From contig JAFZOG010000137.1 of assembly GCA_017550745.1 (NCBI GenBank), positions 27,291 to 91,290 of the forward strand: a stretch of 64,000 nucleotides of DNA, given 5' to 3'. The notes below the pieces were generated by a model. That model worked only from the letters and a program-made list of their open reading frames with translations. It did not search any database and had not been told where the DNA came from. This document shows, in pieces, positions 45,790 through 55,721 of the stretch. The translations under genes were made by a program, and so were the position numbers. The number at the start of each line of letters is the position of its first letter. The first letter of the stretch is position 1. This DNA comes from Clostridia bacterium. GTDB taxonomy: Bacteria; Bacillota; Clostridia; Christensenellales; Aristaeellaceae.

Positions 45790-46426
45790 ACTGACGCCTT
45801 CGCTGCTGGCTGCTGACCTGATGCACCTGGGCAGAGACATTGATATGATGCGGCGCCATGGCCTGGATCAGCTGCATTTTGATGTGATGGACGCACACTT
45901 TGTTCCCAACCTGTCGTTTGGCCCCGATTTCTTGCGGGCGATTGGACGGCAGCATCCGGATATGAAGACAGACGTGCACCTGATGATGGATAACCCTGAT
46001 CAATATCTGCATGAGTTTGCGAAGTGCGGCGCGTCCAGCATCACCGTCCATGCGGAGATCGGCGGGGATCTTTGCGGGATGATCCGGACGATCCAGGGGC
46101 TGAATGTGAAAGCCGGCCTGTCCGTGAAGCCGGAAACGCCGGTGGATGCGCTGCTGCCGTATCTTAAGCAATTGGATCTGATTCTGATCATGACGGTGGA
46201 GCCGGGCTTCGGGGGACAGAAATTTATGCCGGAGGAAGTAGAGAAGATCCGGTTCCTGAGGAAATCCGGTTTTCATGGCGACATCGCCGTTGACGGCGGC
46301 GTAAGCATCGAAAACGCGGCGCTGCTCAGGGATGCCGGAACTACTCTGCTGGTGATGGGCACTTCATATTTCCGCGCGGAAGATCCGTCGGCCGTGGCGC
46401 GTTATGTTGAGGAATTAAACAGATGA
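45782..46426 (+). CDS. rpe: ribulose-phosphate 3-epimerase
   Basis: MIKLTPSLLAADL…LHFDVMDAHFVPNLSFG…MTVEPGFGGQKF. It overlaps rsgA by 8 nt; the longer track ORF is not protein-like. Confidence 0.9.
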   Translation: MIKLTPSLLAADLMHLGRDIDMMRRHGLDQLHFDVMDAHFVPNLSFGPDFLRAIGRQHPDMKTDVHLMMDNPDQYLHEFAKCGASSITVHAEIGGDLCGMIRTIQGLNVKAGLSVKPETPVDALLPYLKQLDLILIMTVEPGFGGQKFMPEEVEKIRFLRKSGFHGDIAVDGGVSIENAALLRDAGTTLLVMGTSYFRAEDPSAVARYVEELNR

Positions 46427-47259
46427 ACAAAGTACACGGAAAAAACCGTCCCCCGAAAAAGGAGACGTTCCGCCATAAACGCAGCCTGGGCCAGAATTTT
46501 CTGACGGACGACGCCTTGTTTGAGCAGCTGGTGGATCTGTCCGGGGTCGGCCCGGAGGACGCGGTGCTTGAAATCGGGGCCGGGGCGGGAGGAATGACCA
46601 AAGCGCTTTCGGCCCGGTGCAGGCGGGTGGCTGCCGTTGAAGTGGATGAAACGCTGCTGCCCATCCTGCGCGTTTCCCTGGAGAGGTGCAGGAACGTGCA
46701 GCTGGTGCACGGGGACGTAATGCGCCTGAACCTGCCGGAATTGACCGGGCCGCTGGGGCCTTTCCACATCGTGGCGAATATTCCTTACTACCTTACCACG
46801 GATTTGATGACGCTGCTGCTCAACGGAGCAATGCCCATACAATCCATCAGCCTGATGGTGCAGAAGGAAGCGGCCCAGCGCATTGTGGCCCGCCCGGGAG
46901 AGGAAGGCTATGGAATGCTGGCCGTGCGCGCGCAGTATTACTATGACCCGCAGATCATGCTGGACGTGCCTGCCTGCATGTTTACGCCGCCGCCGAAGGT
47001 GGACAGCGCGTTTGTGGTGATGCCCAGGCGTGAAAAACCGCCGGTAAACGCCCGGGATGAAGCGCTGCTTTTCAAGGTGGCCGCCGCTGCCTTCGCCATG
47101 CGGAGAAAGACCATGGAAAACAACCTGATCGCTTCTTTCCGGGTGAGCCGCGAACAGGCGGCGGCCTGGCTGAAGCAATGCGGCATTGCGGAGGGAGCGC
47201 GGGGTGAAACCCTGTCGCTGCGGGATTTTGCGACGATCAGCGATGCTATGGCGGAATAA
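46423..47259 (+). CDS. rsmA: 16S rRNA (adenine1518/1519-N6)-dimethyltransferase
   Basis: SLGQNFL, LEIGAGAGGMT and ANIPYY motifs. ATGA overlap with rpe. Confidence 0.9.
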   Translation: MNKVHGKNRPPKKETFRHKRSLGQNFLTDDALFEQLVDLSGVGPEDAVLEIGAGAGGMTKALSARCRRVAAVEVDETLLPILRVSLERCRNVQLVHGDVMRLNLPELTGPLGPFHIVANIPYYLTTDLMTLLLNGAMPIQSISLMVQKEAAQRIVARPGEEGYGMLAVRAQYYYDPQIMLDVPACMFTPPPKVDSAFVVMPRREKPPVNARDEALLFKVAAAAFAMRRKTMENNLIASFRVSREQAAAWLKQCGIAEGARGETLSLRDFATISDAMAE

Positions 47260-47268
47260 GAACAGCGC

Positions 47269-47297
47269 TTGAAAAAATACACTGCATATGTTATACT
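47269..47297 (+). promoter_or_regulatory. sigma-70 promoter TTGAAA-N17-TATACT
   Basis: Read directly, upstream of the DHH gene. Confidence 0.55.
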
Positions 47298-47335
47298 TGA
47301 GTAAAGGAATTGAAATCTATACAGGAGGTTTGGAT

Positions 47336-48265
47336 ATGGAACAGAAAAAAAGACTGGTGACGCGCAGCGACTTTGACGGCCTCGCCTGCGCCATGATGCT
47401 GAAAGAATTGCAATTGATCGACGAAATCAAGTTCGTGCATCCCAAGGATGTGCAGGATGGCAAGATCGAGCTGAGCCAGAACGATATTACCACAAACCTG
47501 CCTTATGACCCGCGGGTCGGCCTGGCCTTTGACCACCATGAATCGGAGATTGACCGCCTGAAAGCCCAGGAAACCGGCGGCAAGCTGATCATTGACCCCA
47601 ATGCCCGCAGCGCCGCGCGTGTGGTATATGATTATTACGGCGGAAAGAAAGCGTTTCCCCGTGTGAGCGATGAATTGATGACCGCGGTGGATAAGGGAGA
47701 CAGCGCTGATTTTACCGTCGACGAGATCCTGCATCCAACCGGATGGGTGCTGCTGCACTATCTGATGGATGCGCGCACCGGCCTGGGCCGATTCCATGAT
47801 TTCCGCATCTCCAACTATGAGCTGATGATGCAGCTGATCAGCTACTGCATGGACCACAAGATCGACGATATTCTGCTGCTGCCCGACGTGAAGGAGCGCG
47901 TCGACCTGTATTTTGAGCAGGCGGAGCTGTTTGAAGCCCAGCTTAAGCGCATCGCCAGGGTGGAGGGCAAAGTGGTGGTGCTGGACCTGCGCAATGAGGA
48001 AACGATTCATGCGGGCAATCGTTTCATGATTTACGCCCTCTATCCCGAAACCCAGATTTCCGTGCATGTAGCCTGGGGCTTCCGCAAGCAGAACACCGCT
48101 GTGATGATCGGCAAGTCCATCGTGAACAAGGCGTCCACCGTGGATATTGGCGAACTGTGCCTCAAGTACGGCGGCGGCGGGCATCATAACGCAGGTACCT
48201 GCCAGCTGGAAAACGACGTGGTGGACAAGGAACTGCCCAATATCATCAAAGCGCTCAACGCTTGA
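47336..48265 (+). CDS. DHH-family phosphoesterase (NrnB/exopolyphosphatase-related)
   Basis: ATG 7 nt after AGGAGG. Motifs SDFDGL, AFDHHES and YGGGGHHNAG (DHHA1 GGGH). Confidence 0.7.
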   Translation: MEQKKRLVTRSDFDGLACAMMLKELQLIDEIKFVHPKDVQDGKIELSQNDITTNLPYDPRVGLAFDHHESEIDRLKAQETGGKLIIDPNARSAARVVYDYYGGKKAFPRVSDELMTAVDKGDSADFTVDEILHPTGWVLLHYLMDARTGLGRFHDFRISNYELMMQLISYCMDHKIDDILLLPDVKERVDLYFEQAELFEAQLKRIARVEGKVVVLDLRNEETIHAGNRFMIYALYPETQISVHVAWGFRKQNTAVMIGKSIVNKASTVDIGELCLKYGGGGHHNAGTCQLENDVVDKELPNIIKALNA

Positions 48266-48278
48266 GACTGAAAACTGA

Positions 48279-48307
48279 CAGCATCCCATGGATGCTGCCG
48301 GTTTTTT
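48279..48307 (+). terminator. intrinsic terminator
   Basis: CAGCATCC-cat-GGATGCTG stem followed by CCGGTTTTTTA. Confidence 0.6.
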
Positions 48308-48334
48308 ATGTATGAATCGGTATGAATAATGTCA

Positions 48335-48363
48335 TTGCAAAACACTGCCGCATTCAGTATAAT
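48335..48363 (+). promoter_or_regulatory. sigma-70 promoter TTGCAA-N17-TATAAT
   Basis: Read directly, about 100 nt upstream of the reductase start codon. Confidence 0.65.
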
Positions 48364-48464
48364 ATGACATGAAAAAGCCTTGAAAAACCGTCTTGATAAT
48401 ACGTACATCATATAAAGACAATTGCCGTGTGTGCAATGTCAATATATTTCTTGGAGGAATGCGT

Positions 48465-50204
48465 ATGAAAAAACTGCTATGCCTGGCCGTCAGCCTGATG
48501 CTGCTGTGCAGCGCCACGGCGCTGGCGGAATCCCTGTTCACGCCCGGCACCTATGAGTCCGTGAAAAAGGGGTTCGGCGGCGACGTAAAAGTGACTGTGA
48601 CCGTTTCTGATACCGAGATCACTGATATAGCCATCGAAGGGGAGTCCGAAACGCCCGCTCTTGGCGGCGTAGCCGTTGAAACGCTGGGCCCCGCCATCCT
48701 GAAGGCCCAGACCCCCAATGTGGACGGCCTCTCCGGCGCGACCGTCACCAGCACCGCCATCATTGCCGCCGCCACCGAAGCCCTGACGAAGGCGGGCGCT
48801 GACATCGCCGCCCTGGACGCCAACCGGAAGGATGCTTCCGAGGAAGCGGCCAAAGAAGAAAAAACCATTGATACCGAAATTGTCATCGTCGGCGCGGGCG
48901 GCGCGGGAATGGCCGCCGCTATCATGGCGAACCAAGCGGGCAAGGATTTCGTGATCCTGGAAAAAATGCCCTATGTCGGCGGCAACACCACCAAGGCCAC
49001 CGGCGGCATGAACGCAGCGGAGACCCATTACCAGAAGGAACAGGGCATCGAAGACTCTGTGGAACTGTTCGCCGCGGACACCATGAAGGGCGGCCATGAC
49101 CTGAATGACCCCGAGCTGGTGCGCACCCTGGCTGAGCAGAGCGCCGGGGCCATCGACTGGCTGGATTCCATCGGCGCTGACCTGCCCAAGATTTCCTTCT
49201 CCGGCGGCGCTTCCACCAACCGTATCCACGCGCCTGCTGACGGCAGCGCCGTGGGCAACTACCTGGTGGACAAGTTCTCCGCCAAGCTCAAGGAACTGGG
49301 CGTGGAAGTGATGCTGAACACCAAGGCCACCGAGCTGATCATGGAAGACGGCAAGATCGCCGGCGTCAAAGCCGAAGGCCCTGATGCGTATTACACCATC
49401 AATGCCAAAGCCGTCATCCTGGCCACCGGCGGCTTCGGAGCGAATGAGGATATGTACACCCAGTACCGTCCTGACCTCAAGGGCACCGTTACCACCAATG
49501 CTCCCGGCGCGACCGGCGACGGCATCGTGATGGCCCAGGCTGTGGGCGCTGACCTGGTGGATATTGAGCAGATTCAGCTGCATCCCACCGTGGAACAGAC
49601 CACGTCCATGCTGATCACTGAATCCGTCCGGGGTGACGGCGCTATCCTGGTGAACCAGAGCGGCCACCGCTTTACCAACGAGCTGCTTACCCGCGACGCG
49701 GTTTCCGCCGCAGAGCTTGCGCAGGAGGGCCAGTACGCCTACATCATCTTCGACCAGCACCTGCGCGACAACCTGAAAGCCATTGAAAAGTACGTGAAGA
49801 ATGGCCTGACCGTACAGGCGGACACGCTGGAAGAGCTTGCCCGGAAGCTGAATATCTATCCCTACTTCCTCACCATGACCATGAACGCGTGGAATGAGGC
49901 CGTGGCGACCCAGAACGACGCGGCATACGGACGCACCACCGGCATGAACGATAACCTGACCACCCCGCCTTACTATGCCATCCAGATCGCTCCCGGTATC
50001 CATCACACCATGGGCGGCGTGAAGATCGACACCAGCGCCGAGGTCATTGATACCAACGGCAATCCCATTCCCGGCCTGTTCGCCGCGGGTGAAGTTACCG
50101 GCGGCGTCCATGGCGGCAACCGCCTGGGCGGCAACGCTGTGGCTGATATCGTGATCTTTGGCCGCATCGCTGCCGAAAGCGCCATCGAATATGTAGGCAA
50201 GTAA
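48465..50204 (+). CDS. exported FMN-binding-domain / FAD flavocytochrome-c-type (fumarate/urocanate reductase-like) reductase
   Basis: ATG 6 nt after GGAGGA. Signal peptide MKKLLCLAVSLMLLCSATALA. FMN_bind domain with the flavinylation motif VDGLSGATVTS, then the FAD fold IVIVGAGGAGMAAA…GGNTTKATGGMNA…HHTMGGV…GLFAAGEVTGGVHG. Confidence 0.8.
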   Translation: MKKLLCLAVSLMLLCSATALAESLFTPGTYESVKKGFGGDVKVTVTVSDTEITDIAIEGESETPALGGVAVETLGPAILKAQTPNVDGLSGATVTSTAIIAAATEALTKAGADIAALDANRKDASEEAAKEEKTIDTEIVIVGAGGAGMAAAIMANQAGKDFVILEKMPYVGGNTTKATGGMNAAETHYQKEQGIEDSVELFAADTMKGGHDLNDPELVRTLAEQSAGAIDWLDSIGADLPKISFSGGASTNRIHAPADGSAVGNYLVDKFSAKLKELGVEVMLNTKATELIMEDGKIAGVKAEGPDAYYTINAKAVILATGGFGANEDMYTQYRPDLKGTVTTNAPGATGDGIVMAQAVGADLVDIEQIQLHPTVEQTTSMLITESVRGDGAILVNQSGHRFTNELLTRDAVSAAELAQEGQYAYIIFDQHLRDNLKAIEKYVKNGLTVQADTLEELARKLNIYPYFLTMTMNAWNEAVATQNDAAYGRTTGMNDNLTTPPYYAIQIAPGIHHTMGGVKIDTSAEVIDTNGNPIPGLFAAGEVTGGVHGGNRLGGNAVADIVIFGRIAAESAIEYVGK

Positions 50205-50236
50205 CGAAAAAGAGCTTTCTCACAACGAAAAGAGAT

Positions 50237-50283
50237 ATGCTCCCTTCCAGGCAGCCTTTCTGCCCGGAAGGGAGCATTTTTTC
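50237..50283. terminator. bidirectional intrinsic terminator between convergent genes
   Basis: ATGCTCCCTTCC (50237-50248) pairs with GGAAGGGAGCAT (50266-50277), followed by TTTTTTC. Confidence 0.7.
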
Positions 50284-50310
50284 ATAATGGGTACGATAAA
50301 CAGATGACCG

Positions 50311-50955
50311 TCATTTTATCAACCAGGCGAATGCTTTCGCCGTTCTGATATCCGCATCCTTGAAGTGATTTCCCTGATTCCATTCCAGGATCGTGTTTAT
50401 CCCCTGCACCTGGAGCAGGTCGTGGGCCTCTCTGATCCTGCCGCCAACTGCGGCCATCACGGGATTCCTGGTTTTCTCTTCCTTATCCCCAAGGCTCAGA
50501 TAAACGGACCGGACGCGTATGGTATTCCTTTTCATATAGTCCGCAAAGCCTGGGAACCACACGGACGGGGAAGCTGCCGCCACACCCTTGAACACATCTG
50601 TCTGATATGCTGCCCATAAGGCGAAAAGTCCGGCCAGCGAGTAGCCGCCGATATAATACGATTTGGTTTTGTCGGCGGTATGCTGCAGCACTTTAGACAA
50701 TGTACCGGCCGCTCCATCCCCGAAGCCCTCTTTTCCGAATACTGCGGGCGCTGACCAGGGGGACAGGTCGGCATTCCAGTGCTGAACCTTGATGGCAAGC
50801 AGGCAGAAATCAGCATCCGTCAGCCTCTGTATCTCCTTCACCTCGGTTTCCATCCCCTCAAGATCGTGGTCATCGACCATCTGGACCAGGACAACCGAAG
50901 CATCCGGATTTCCGTATACAGTCATCATGCTCATTGCAGGCATATTGATCATCAT
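50311..50955 (-). CDS. alpha/beta hydrolase (putative esterase)
   Basis: Nucleophile elbow GGYSLAG and a length/pattern typical of esterase-family proteins. Confidence 0.6.
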   Translation of the reverse strand: MMINMPAMSMMTVYGNPDASVVLVQMVDDHDLEGMETEVKEIQRLTDADFCLLAIKVQHWNADLSPWSAPAVFGKEGFGDGAAGTLSKVLQHTADKTKSYYIGGYSLAGLFALWAAYQTDVFKGVAAASPSVWFPGFADYMKRNTIRVRSVYLSLGDKEEKTRNPVMAAVGGRIREAHDLLQVQGINTILEWNQGNHFKDADIRTAKAFAWLIK

Positions 50956-51056
50956 CCTTCTGCTGGTTCTTTATCCAAAAAAGTTTGGGAGCGTCAGCAT
51001 CACGGGATAAACCGGCTCCACGCAGGATAAGCCAAAGTGCATCGTTTTCCCGAGCA

Positions 51057-51668
51057 TCAGGACATCCCTTTCAGATACTCTTTCAGGACTTTCAGCCCCG
51101 CCGCAGGGACACAGAATCGCTCCCGGCTATGCTGGATTTCCGCCCACACCTCATTCAGATCAAACCACCGCACCGCATCGACTTCTGACGCCTGGAGAAT
51201 AAGAGCGCCGATATCCACGGGCCGGGAATAGACGAAAACGGTGGTCACCTCGTTGTCCTTGAACAGCCGCCCGTGGAACATCTTTTCGTATTGGATGGAA
51301 AAAGTTCCTGCGTACTTCAGTTCTTTTTTAGCGGCTTCAATCCCAAGTTCCTCCGACAGTTCGCGTATAGCGGATGCCAGCGGTTCCTCGCCAGCCGGGA
51401 TATGCCCGGCAGAGGATGTGTCGAAAAGCCCCGGAAAGGACTCTTTCTCCATGCTGCGTTTTTGCAGCAGGATATCAAAACCCCGATCGCTTCCCCGCAC
51501 AACCCACACGTGTGCTGTTCGATGGCGGATACCGTCTCTGTGGGCCTCGCCGCGGGAGACGATTTCTCCTGTGGGCTGCCCGTTTTCGTCGACGATATCA
51601 AGGTATTCTGTGTTGGTTGCTGTACCTGCTTCATTTTTCTTGGGCATACACCGTTTGCCTGTGGTCAT
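51057..51668 (-). CDS. NUDIX hydrolase
   Basis: Nudix box GHIPAGEEPLASAIRELSEELGI. Confidence 0.8.
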   Translation of the reverse strand: MTTGKRCMPKKNEAGTATNTEYLDIVDENGQPTGEIVSRGEAHRDGIRHRTAHVWVVRGSDRGFDILLQKRSMEKESFPGLFDTSSAGHIPAGEEPLASAIRELSEELGIEAAKKELKYAGTFSIQYEKMFHGRLFKDNEVTTVFVYSRPVDIGALILQASEVDAVRWFDLNEVWAEIQHSRERFCVPAAGLKVLKEYLKGMS

Positions 51669-51964
51669 CTTTCCACCTGCCCCTTATATGAAGCAATCCC
51701 GCCGATGCTCTTGGCGTTATATCCCATCCGTTTTAAGACACGCACAGCCTGCCTGCTCCTCGTGCCGCGCAGGCAGTAAACATACAGCGGCCTGTCTTTT
51801 GGAATGTCGAGGGCGCTTATCCGGGACAGAGGAGCGTTCACTGCGCCGGAAATATGGCCGGATCGAAATTCGTCAGCCTCCCGCACATCGAGCAGGACAG
51901 CGTCCGGTGTGTTTCGGCATTCCTTTACTGCGTCATTTATACTGGTTCTATTGAAGAAGAACAT
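51665..51964 (-). CDS. rhodanese-like sulfurtransferase domain protein
   Basis: LLDVREADEFRSGHISGAVN and the active-site loop YCLRGTRS. Confidence 0.8.
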   Translation of the reverse strand: MFFFNRTSINDAVKECRNTPDAVLLDVREADEFRSGHISGAVNAPLSRISALDIPKDRPLYVYCLRGTRSRQAVRVLKRMGYNAKSIGGIASYKGQVER

Positions 51965-52109
51965 CGCTTACCCCCATTACTCCGTTATAAACCCGCATTC
52001 ATCCGCCGCCAGGGGAATAGTTCAGGCATGCTGTTTCCCATTCCAGCCAGTGAATTGCTTTTATGGTTCATGGACAGCGGATATTTCATCGCCCGGTTCG
52101 TTGGATTCC

Positions 52110-53210
52110 TCACTTTCTGTCAGGGATACCCGGCGTCAGATCGACTGCCTGAGCCTGGGCCTTCAGGCAAAGCTCCGCAGCCTTAAAGGCGTGCGCCTGT
52201 GTCATGGCAGTCTCTGTTCTGTTCAGGGAATCCAGGATCAATTGGCCGAAGAAAGGATATCCGGTCACACCCGTAGCGTTAATATACTTTTCTCCGTCCC
52301 CATTCACCAGGAACACATGATTGCCGCCTTGGCCCTCCCTTGCGATGTCCACATATTTCCGGATTTCGATATAGCCCTCGGTGCCGAGGATGATGGTGCG
52401 TCCATCGCCCCAGGTGCGCAGGCCGTCCGGCGTAAACCAGTCCACCCGGAAATAATTGGTGGTTCCGTTTTTCCCGGAGATAGAGCAGTCGCCGAAATCA
52501 TCCAGCTCCGGATAGTCCGGATGGCTATAATTTGCAATGCGGGAGGAAACTACCTGGCCATCTTCTTCTTTGGCGAAGTAAAGGTACTGCTCGATCTGGT
52601 GGCTGCCGATATCGCACAGGATACCGCCATACTTCTCCTTCTGAAAGAACCAGTCCGGCCGAGCGCCTGCAGATAAGCGATGCGGGCCGAAGCCTGCCAC
52701 GTTGACCACTTTGCCGATGAAGCCCTGGTCCACCATATAACCGGCCAGCACCGCTCCTTCCACATGAAGCCGCTCGCTGTAATATACCATATAGCGCCTG
52801 TTGGTTTTTTTCACCATTTCTCTGGCGCTGCTAAGCTGCTCCAGGGTAGTGAAGGGCGCTTTATCGGTGAAATAGTCCTTGCCGGCTGACAAAGCTTTTA
52901 AGCCAAGCGCACAGCGCTGGCTTGTCACCGCTGCCCCGGCAATCATGTGCGTCTCTCTGTCTTCCAGGGCTTCTTCTTCGCTGCGGGCCGGTTTCGCCTG
53001 GGGAAACGCTTTCAGGAAGGCTTCCACCTTTTTGGGATCCTGATCGTACACATATTTCAGGGTGCCGCCCGCTTCCGTCAGGCCGTTGCACATGCCGTAA
53101 ATATGGCCGTGATCCAGCCGGACAGCGGAAAAGACAAATTCCCCGGGCTTTACGACAGGCTGGGCTTTTCCTTTCGGCGCATAGTTCATGCCTTCGCTCA
53201 CTTTGTTCAT
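52110..53210 (-). CDS. Gfo/Idh/MocA family oxidoreductase
   Basis: Family-typical N-terminal Rossmann region and C-terminal alpha/beta domain. Assigned by overall pattern, with weaker motif support. Confidence 0.6.
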   Translation of the reverse strand: MNKVSEGMNYAPKGKAQPVVKPGEFVFSAVRLDHGHIYGMCNGLTEAGGTLKYVYDQDPKKVEAFLKAFPQAKPARSEEEALEDRETHMIAGAAVTSQRCALGLKALSAGKDYFTDKAPFTTLEQLSSAREMVKKTNRRYMVYYSERLHVEGAVLAGYMVDQGFIGKVVNVAGFGPHRLSAGARPDWFFQKEKYGGILCDIGSHQIEQYLYFAKEEDGQVVSSRIANYSHPDYPELDDFGDCSISGKNGTTNYFRVDWFTPDGLRTWGDGRTIILGTEGYIEIRKYVDIAREGQGGNHVFLVNGDGEKYINATGVTGYPFFGQLILDSLNRTETAMTQAHAFKAAELCLKAQAQAVDLTPGIPDRK

Positions 53211-53222
53211 CCATGTTCCTCC

Positions 53223-54377
53223 TCACGTTTTATCAAAGCTGCCCAAAGAAATATCACTGCCGCCCAGCTCCATCTGGGATACGCGCTTCTCATAGAAATG
53301 CGGCACATTGGCCTGAATACCGGCCACGGTATAGAAGGAGTCATCCTTTGAAAGCGGCAGGGAGACGGCTTGCCTGCTTGAGCCCGCCTTATAAATCGCG
53401 GTGATCAGCTCCAAGGTCAGCCTGCCGTCTTCGCCGCTGATGGCGGGCAAGGCGTCGGTCTCAATGGCTGTTAGCATGTTGTCGATCTGTCCGTCATGGC
53501 CCTCGTAAGGGAGAGGAGGCAGAGCGTCAGCAAAAGCCGTGATTTCTTTTTCCAGCGCTTTGCTTTCCTCCGGGAAGCCGTTGGGCTTGGAAACAGAAGC
53601 GTAAACGGAGAACGGCGCGGCGATTTTTGCTTTTTCACACTGGAAGGTAAGGGCCTGTTCTTCTCCATGATGTACCACCGATGCGGTGAGAAGGCCCAGC
53701 GCGCCGGGATATTCCAGAATGGACATGGACAAGTCTTCCACCTCGGCGTTGTCGTGGGCGGTGTTGGCCAGCACGCTGGTCACCCGCTTGGGCAGGCCCA
53801 TCATCCAGCCAAGCATATCGATATGATGTACCGCATGGTTCAGCGTGCAGCCGCCGCCCTCCTTTTCCCAGGTGCCGCGCCACCAAAGATCATAATAGCA
53901 GTGGCCCCGCCACCAGAAGGAATCCACCTGGGCGCTGCGTACCGGCCCGGCGATGCCGCTGTCCAGCAGCGCTTTCAAATCTCTGATGGGTTTGCGAAAA
54001 CGGTTTTGGGCGATGATGGATAGCTTTTTTCCGCTTTCATCCCGCGCACGGATCATGGCGTCGCACTCCGCAAGAGAGGCCGCCATGGGCTTTTCGCAGA
54101 TGGCATGCTTGCCCGCGCGCAGGGCATTGACGGTGATTTCCGCATGCACATAGGGCGGGCAGCAGCAGTCCACGAGGTCGATATCCGTCCGGTTCAGAAT
54201 ATCGTGATGGTCAAGATAACAATCGCAGTCAAGCCCGTACTGCGCTTTAACTTTTTCCGCTTTTCCCGGGATAATGTCAACCAGCGCGGCGATGCGCACG
54301 CGCTCCGGGAACTGCAGATAAGCATGGATATGGGCATGCGAAATATTGCCTGTGCCGATAAGCGCTACTTGAAGCAT
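53223..54377 (-). CDS. Gfo/Idh/MocA family oxidoreductase
   Basis: MLQVALIGTGNISHAHIHAY… Rossmann start and an EKPMA block (ICEKPMA). ATG 54377 follows AGGAGG; the track start 54443 is a less protein-like extension. Confidence 0.75.
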   Translation of the reverse strand: MLQVALIGTGNISHAHIHAYLQFPERVRIAALVDIIPGKAEKVKAQYGLDCDCYLDHHDILNRTDIDLVDCCCPPYVHAEITVNALRAGKHAICEKPMAASLAECDAMIRARDESGKKLSIIAQNRFRKPIRDLKALLDSGIAGPVRSAQVDSFWWRGHCYYDLWWRGTWEKEGGGCTLNHAVHHIDMLGWMMGLPKRVTSVLANTAHDNAEVEDLSMSILEYPGALGLLTASVVHHGEEQALTFQCEKAKIAAPFSVYASVSKPNGFPEESKALEKEITAFADALPPLPYEGHDGQIDNMLTAIETDALPAISGEDGRLTLELITAIYKAGSSRQAVSLPLSKDDSFYTVAGIQANVPHFYEKRVSQMELGGSDISLGSFDKT

Positions 54378-54495
54378 GAAATCACATCCTCCTGAAATAG
54401 AGGCAGCGCTCTGCCGCGCGCCGCAATAGTTCTGGGCAGTCACAGAGGAGCACCGTGATGTTTTGTGTCCTCAGTATCCGTAAACACCATCCGTA

Positions 54496-55149
54496 TCATC
54501 TGCACCGTTCCGGCGAAAAATCTTTTATCTCACCCTTGTCGATCCAGTGGATATTTCCGAGCTTCCATGCTGCGCCACCCTGAAGAAAGATTGCGCTCTC
54601 ATCCTCCATGGCAGCCACCGGGTGAACCATGGAGATTTCCTTCAAAGCAGGAATAAACCATTCATCTTTTCTATAGTGCGCCTTGACCGTGATTTCCGTC
54701 AGTCCGATGCCTTCATACAGCGTCTTTGTTTCCCAAATCTCAGCGACATATCGGCCCATGTTCATTGAGCCCGCGCTTACGCCAAGAATCACGGCATGGC
54801 TCGCAAGAAGAAACGGGACCAGCCCGAGATCGCGGATCAGCTTTATCTGCCAGGCCACTTCTCCGCCCATCAGGAAGATGCAGTCCGCCTCCCGCACGAG
54901 CTTTACCGCGTCAGCCGACCGCGTCCGACGGTCGATCACGTGATGTTCGTCAAACGCCATGCCACGCTCCGCAAACATTTCATGCATGCCGTCGCTGTCA
55001 TCGTCATTCTGCGCATAGTCTTCCGGAAAAGCGCTGATAAAAACCAGGCTCCTTCGCCTGCCCAGGTTACTCCGCAGCACCTGCGCGATTTCATCCGTAA
55101 AATGATGCGTCGGAAAACCGCTGAATAGGCCCAATAATTTTGCATTCAT
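54496..55149 (-). CDS. peptidase E-like / S51 family (type 1 glutamine amidotransferase-like fold)
   Basis: FLMGGEV and GVSAGSMNMG (nucleophile Ser context) resemble dipeptidase E family proteins. Confidence 0.5.
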   Translation of the reverse strand: MNAKLLGLFSGFPTHHFTDEIAQVLRSNLGRRRSLVFISAFPEDYAQNDDDSDGMHEMFAERGMAFDEHHVIDRRTRSADAVKLVREADCIFLMGGEVAWQIKLIRDLGLVPFLLASHAVILGVSAGSMNMGRYVAEIWETKTLYEGIGLTEITVKAHYRKDEWFIPALKEISMVHPVAAMEDESAIFLQGGAAWKLGNIHWIDKGEIKDFSPERCR

Positions 55150-55164
55150 GCCGTATATCCTCTG

Positions 55165-55536
55165 TCAATCCTTCACTGTTTCATCCGGGTAATCCCAGAA
55201 ACCGCCCTTATGGAAGTTTTCGTTTCCAAGGAGTTTTGCAGTCAGCCTGAAAATCACACAGCCGTCGGGACAAACAACGGTCTTCGTATACTTGCTTTCA
55301 CCGCCCAGGTTCTCCAAATCCCCTCCGCTCCTGACAGCTTCCATCAGGGGATAAAGCATCATCATTGTTTTGGAGCAGATTCCATATCCGTTTTGATTGA
55401 CCGGGCATCCATACGTGCACTTGTAATGGTCGCCGATTTCTTCGCCGTTGCGGCAGTATCGTTCGGTGTGATCGCCGTGGAGAAAACCCGTTACTTCAAC
55501 AGTGAATTCATATTCCTCGTCGTACCATTTTTTCAT
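55165..55536 (-). CDS. TIGR04076-like small Cys-rich protein
   Basis: The pattern …YGCPVN…GICSKTMMMLYPLMEAVRSGGDL…VVCPDGCVIFRL matches my recollection of the TIGR04076 family. Confidence 0.45.
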   Translation of the reverse strand: MKKWYDEEYEFTVEVTGFLHGDHTERYCRNGEEIGDHYKCTYGCPVNQNGYGICSKTMMMLYPLMEAVRSGGDLENLGGESKYTKTVVCPDGCVIFRLTAKLLGNENFHKGGFWDYPDETVKD

Positions 55537-55658
55537 ACTGATCCTCCTATCACCGTATCAAATGTTAATCTTTCTCCATGACCCAGTATACAGGGGAAAA
55601 AGGAGGGCCATATCTCCTGGCGACACAGAGAAACCGGCCTGGGCAGATGGTGTTTGTC

Positions 55659-55688
55659 TTGACACACGGTCAGGAAATCATATATAAT
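55659..55688 (+). promoter_or_regulatory. sigma-70 promoter TTGACA-N18-TATAAT
   Basis: Read directly, upstream of the HAD hydrolase gene. Confidence 0.6.
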
Positions 55689-55721
55689 CAATGAACCTAT
55701 TCTTGACGAAAGGTGAAGCTT

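Noticed and set aside
48477-50111. 544-aa minus-strand ORF
   Set aside because: It is antisense to the flavocytochrome-type reductase. The product is Gly/Arg/His/Val-rich with no motifs.
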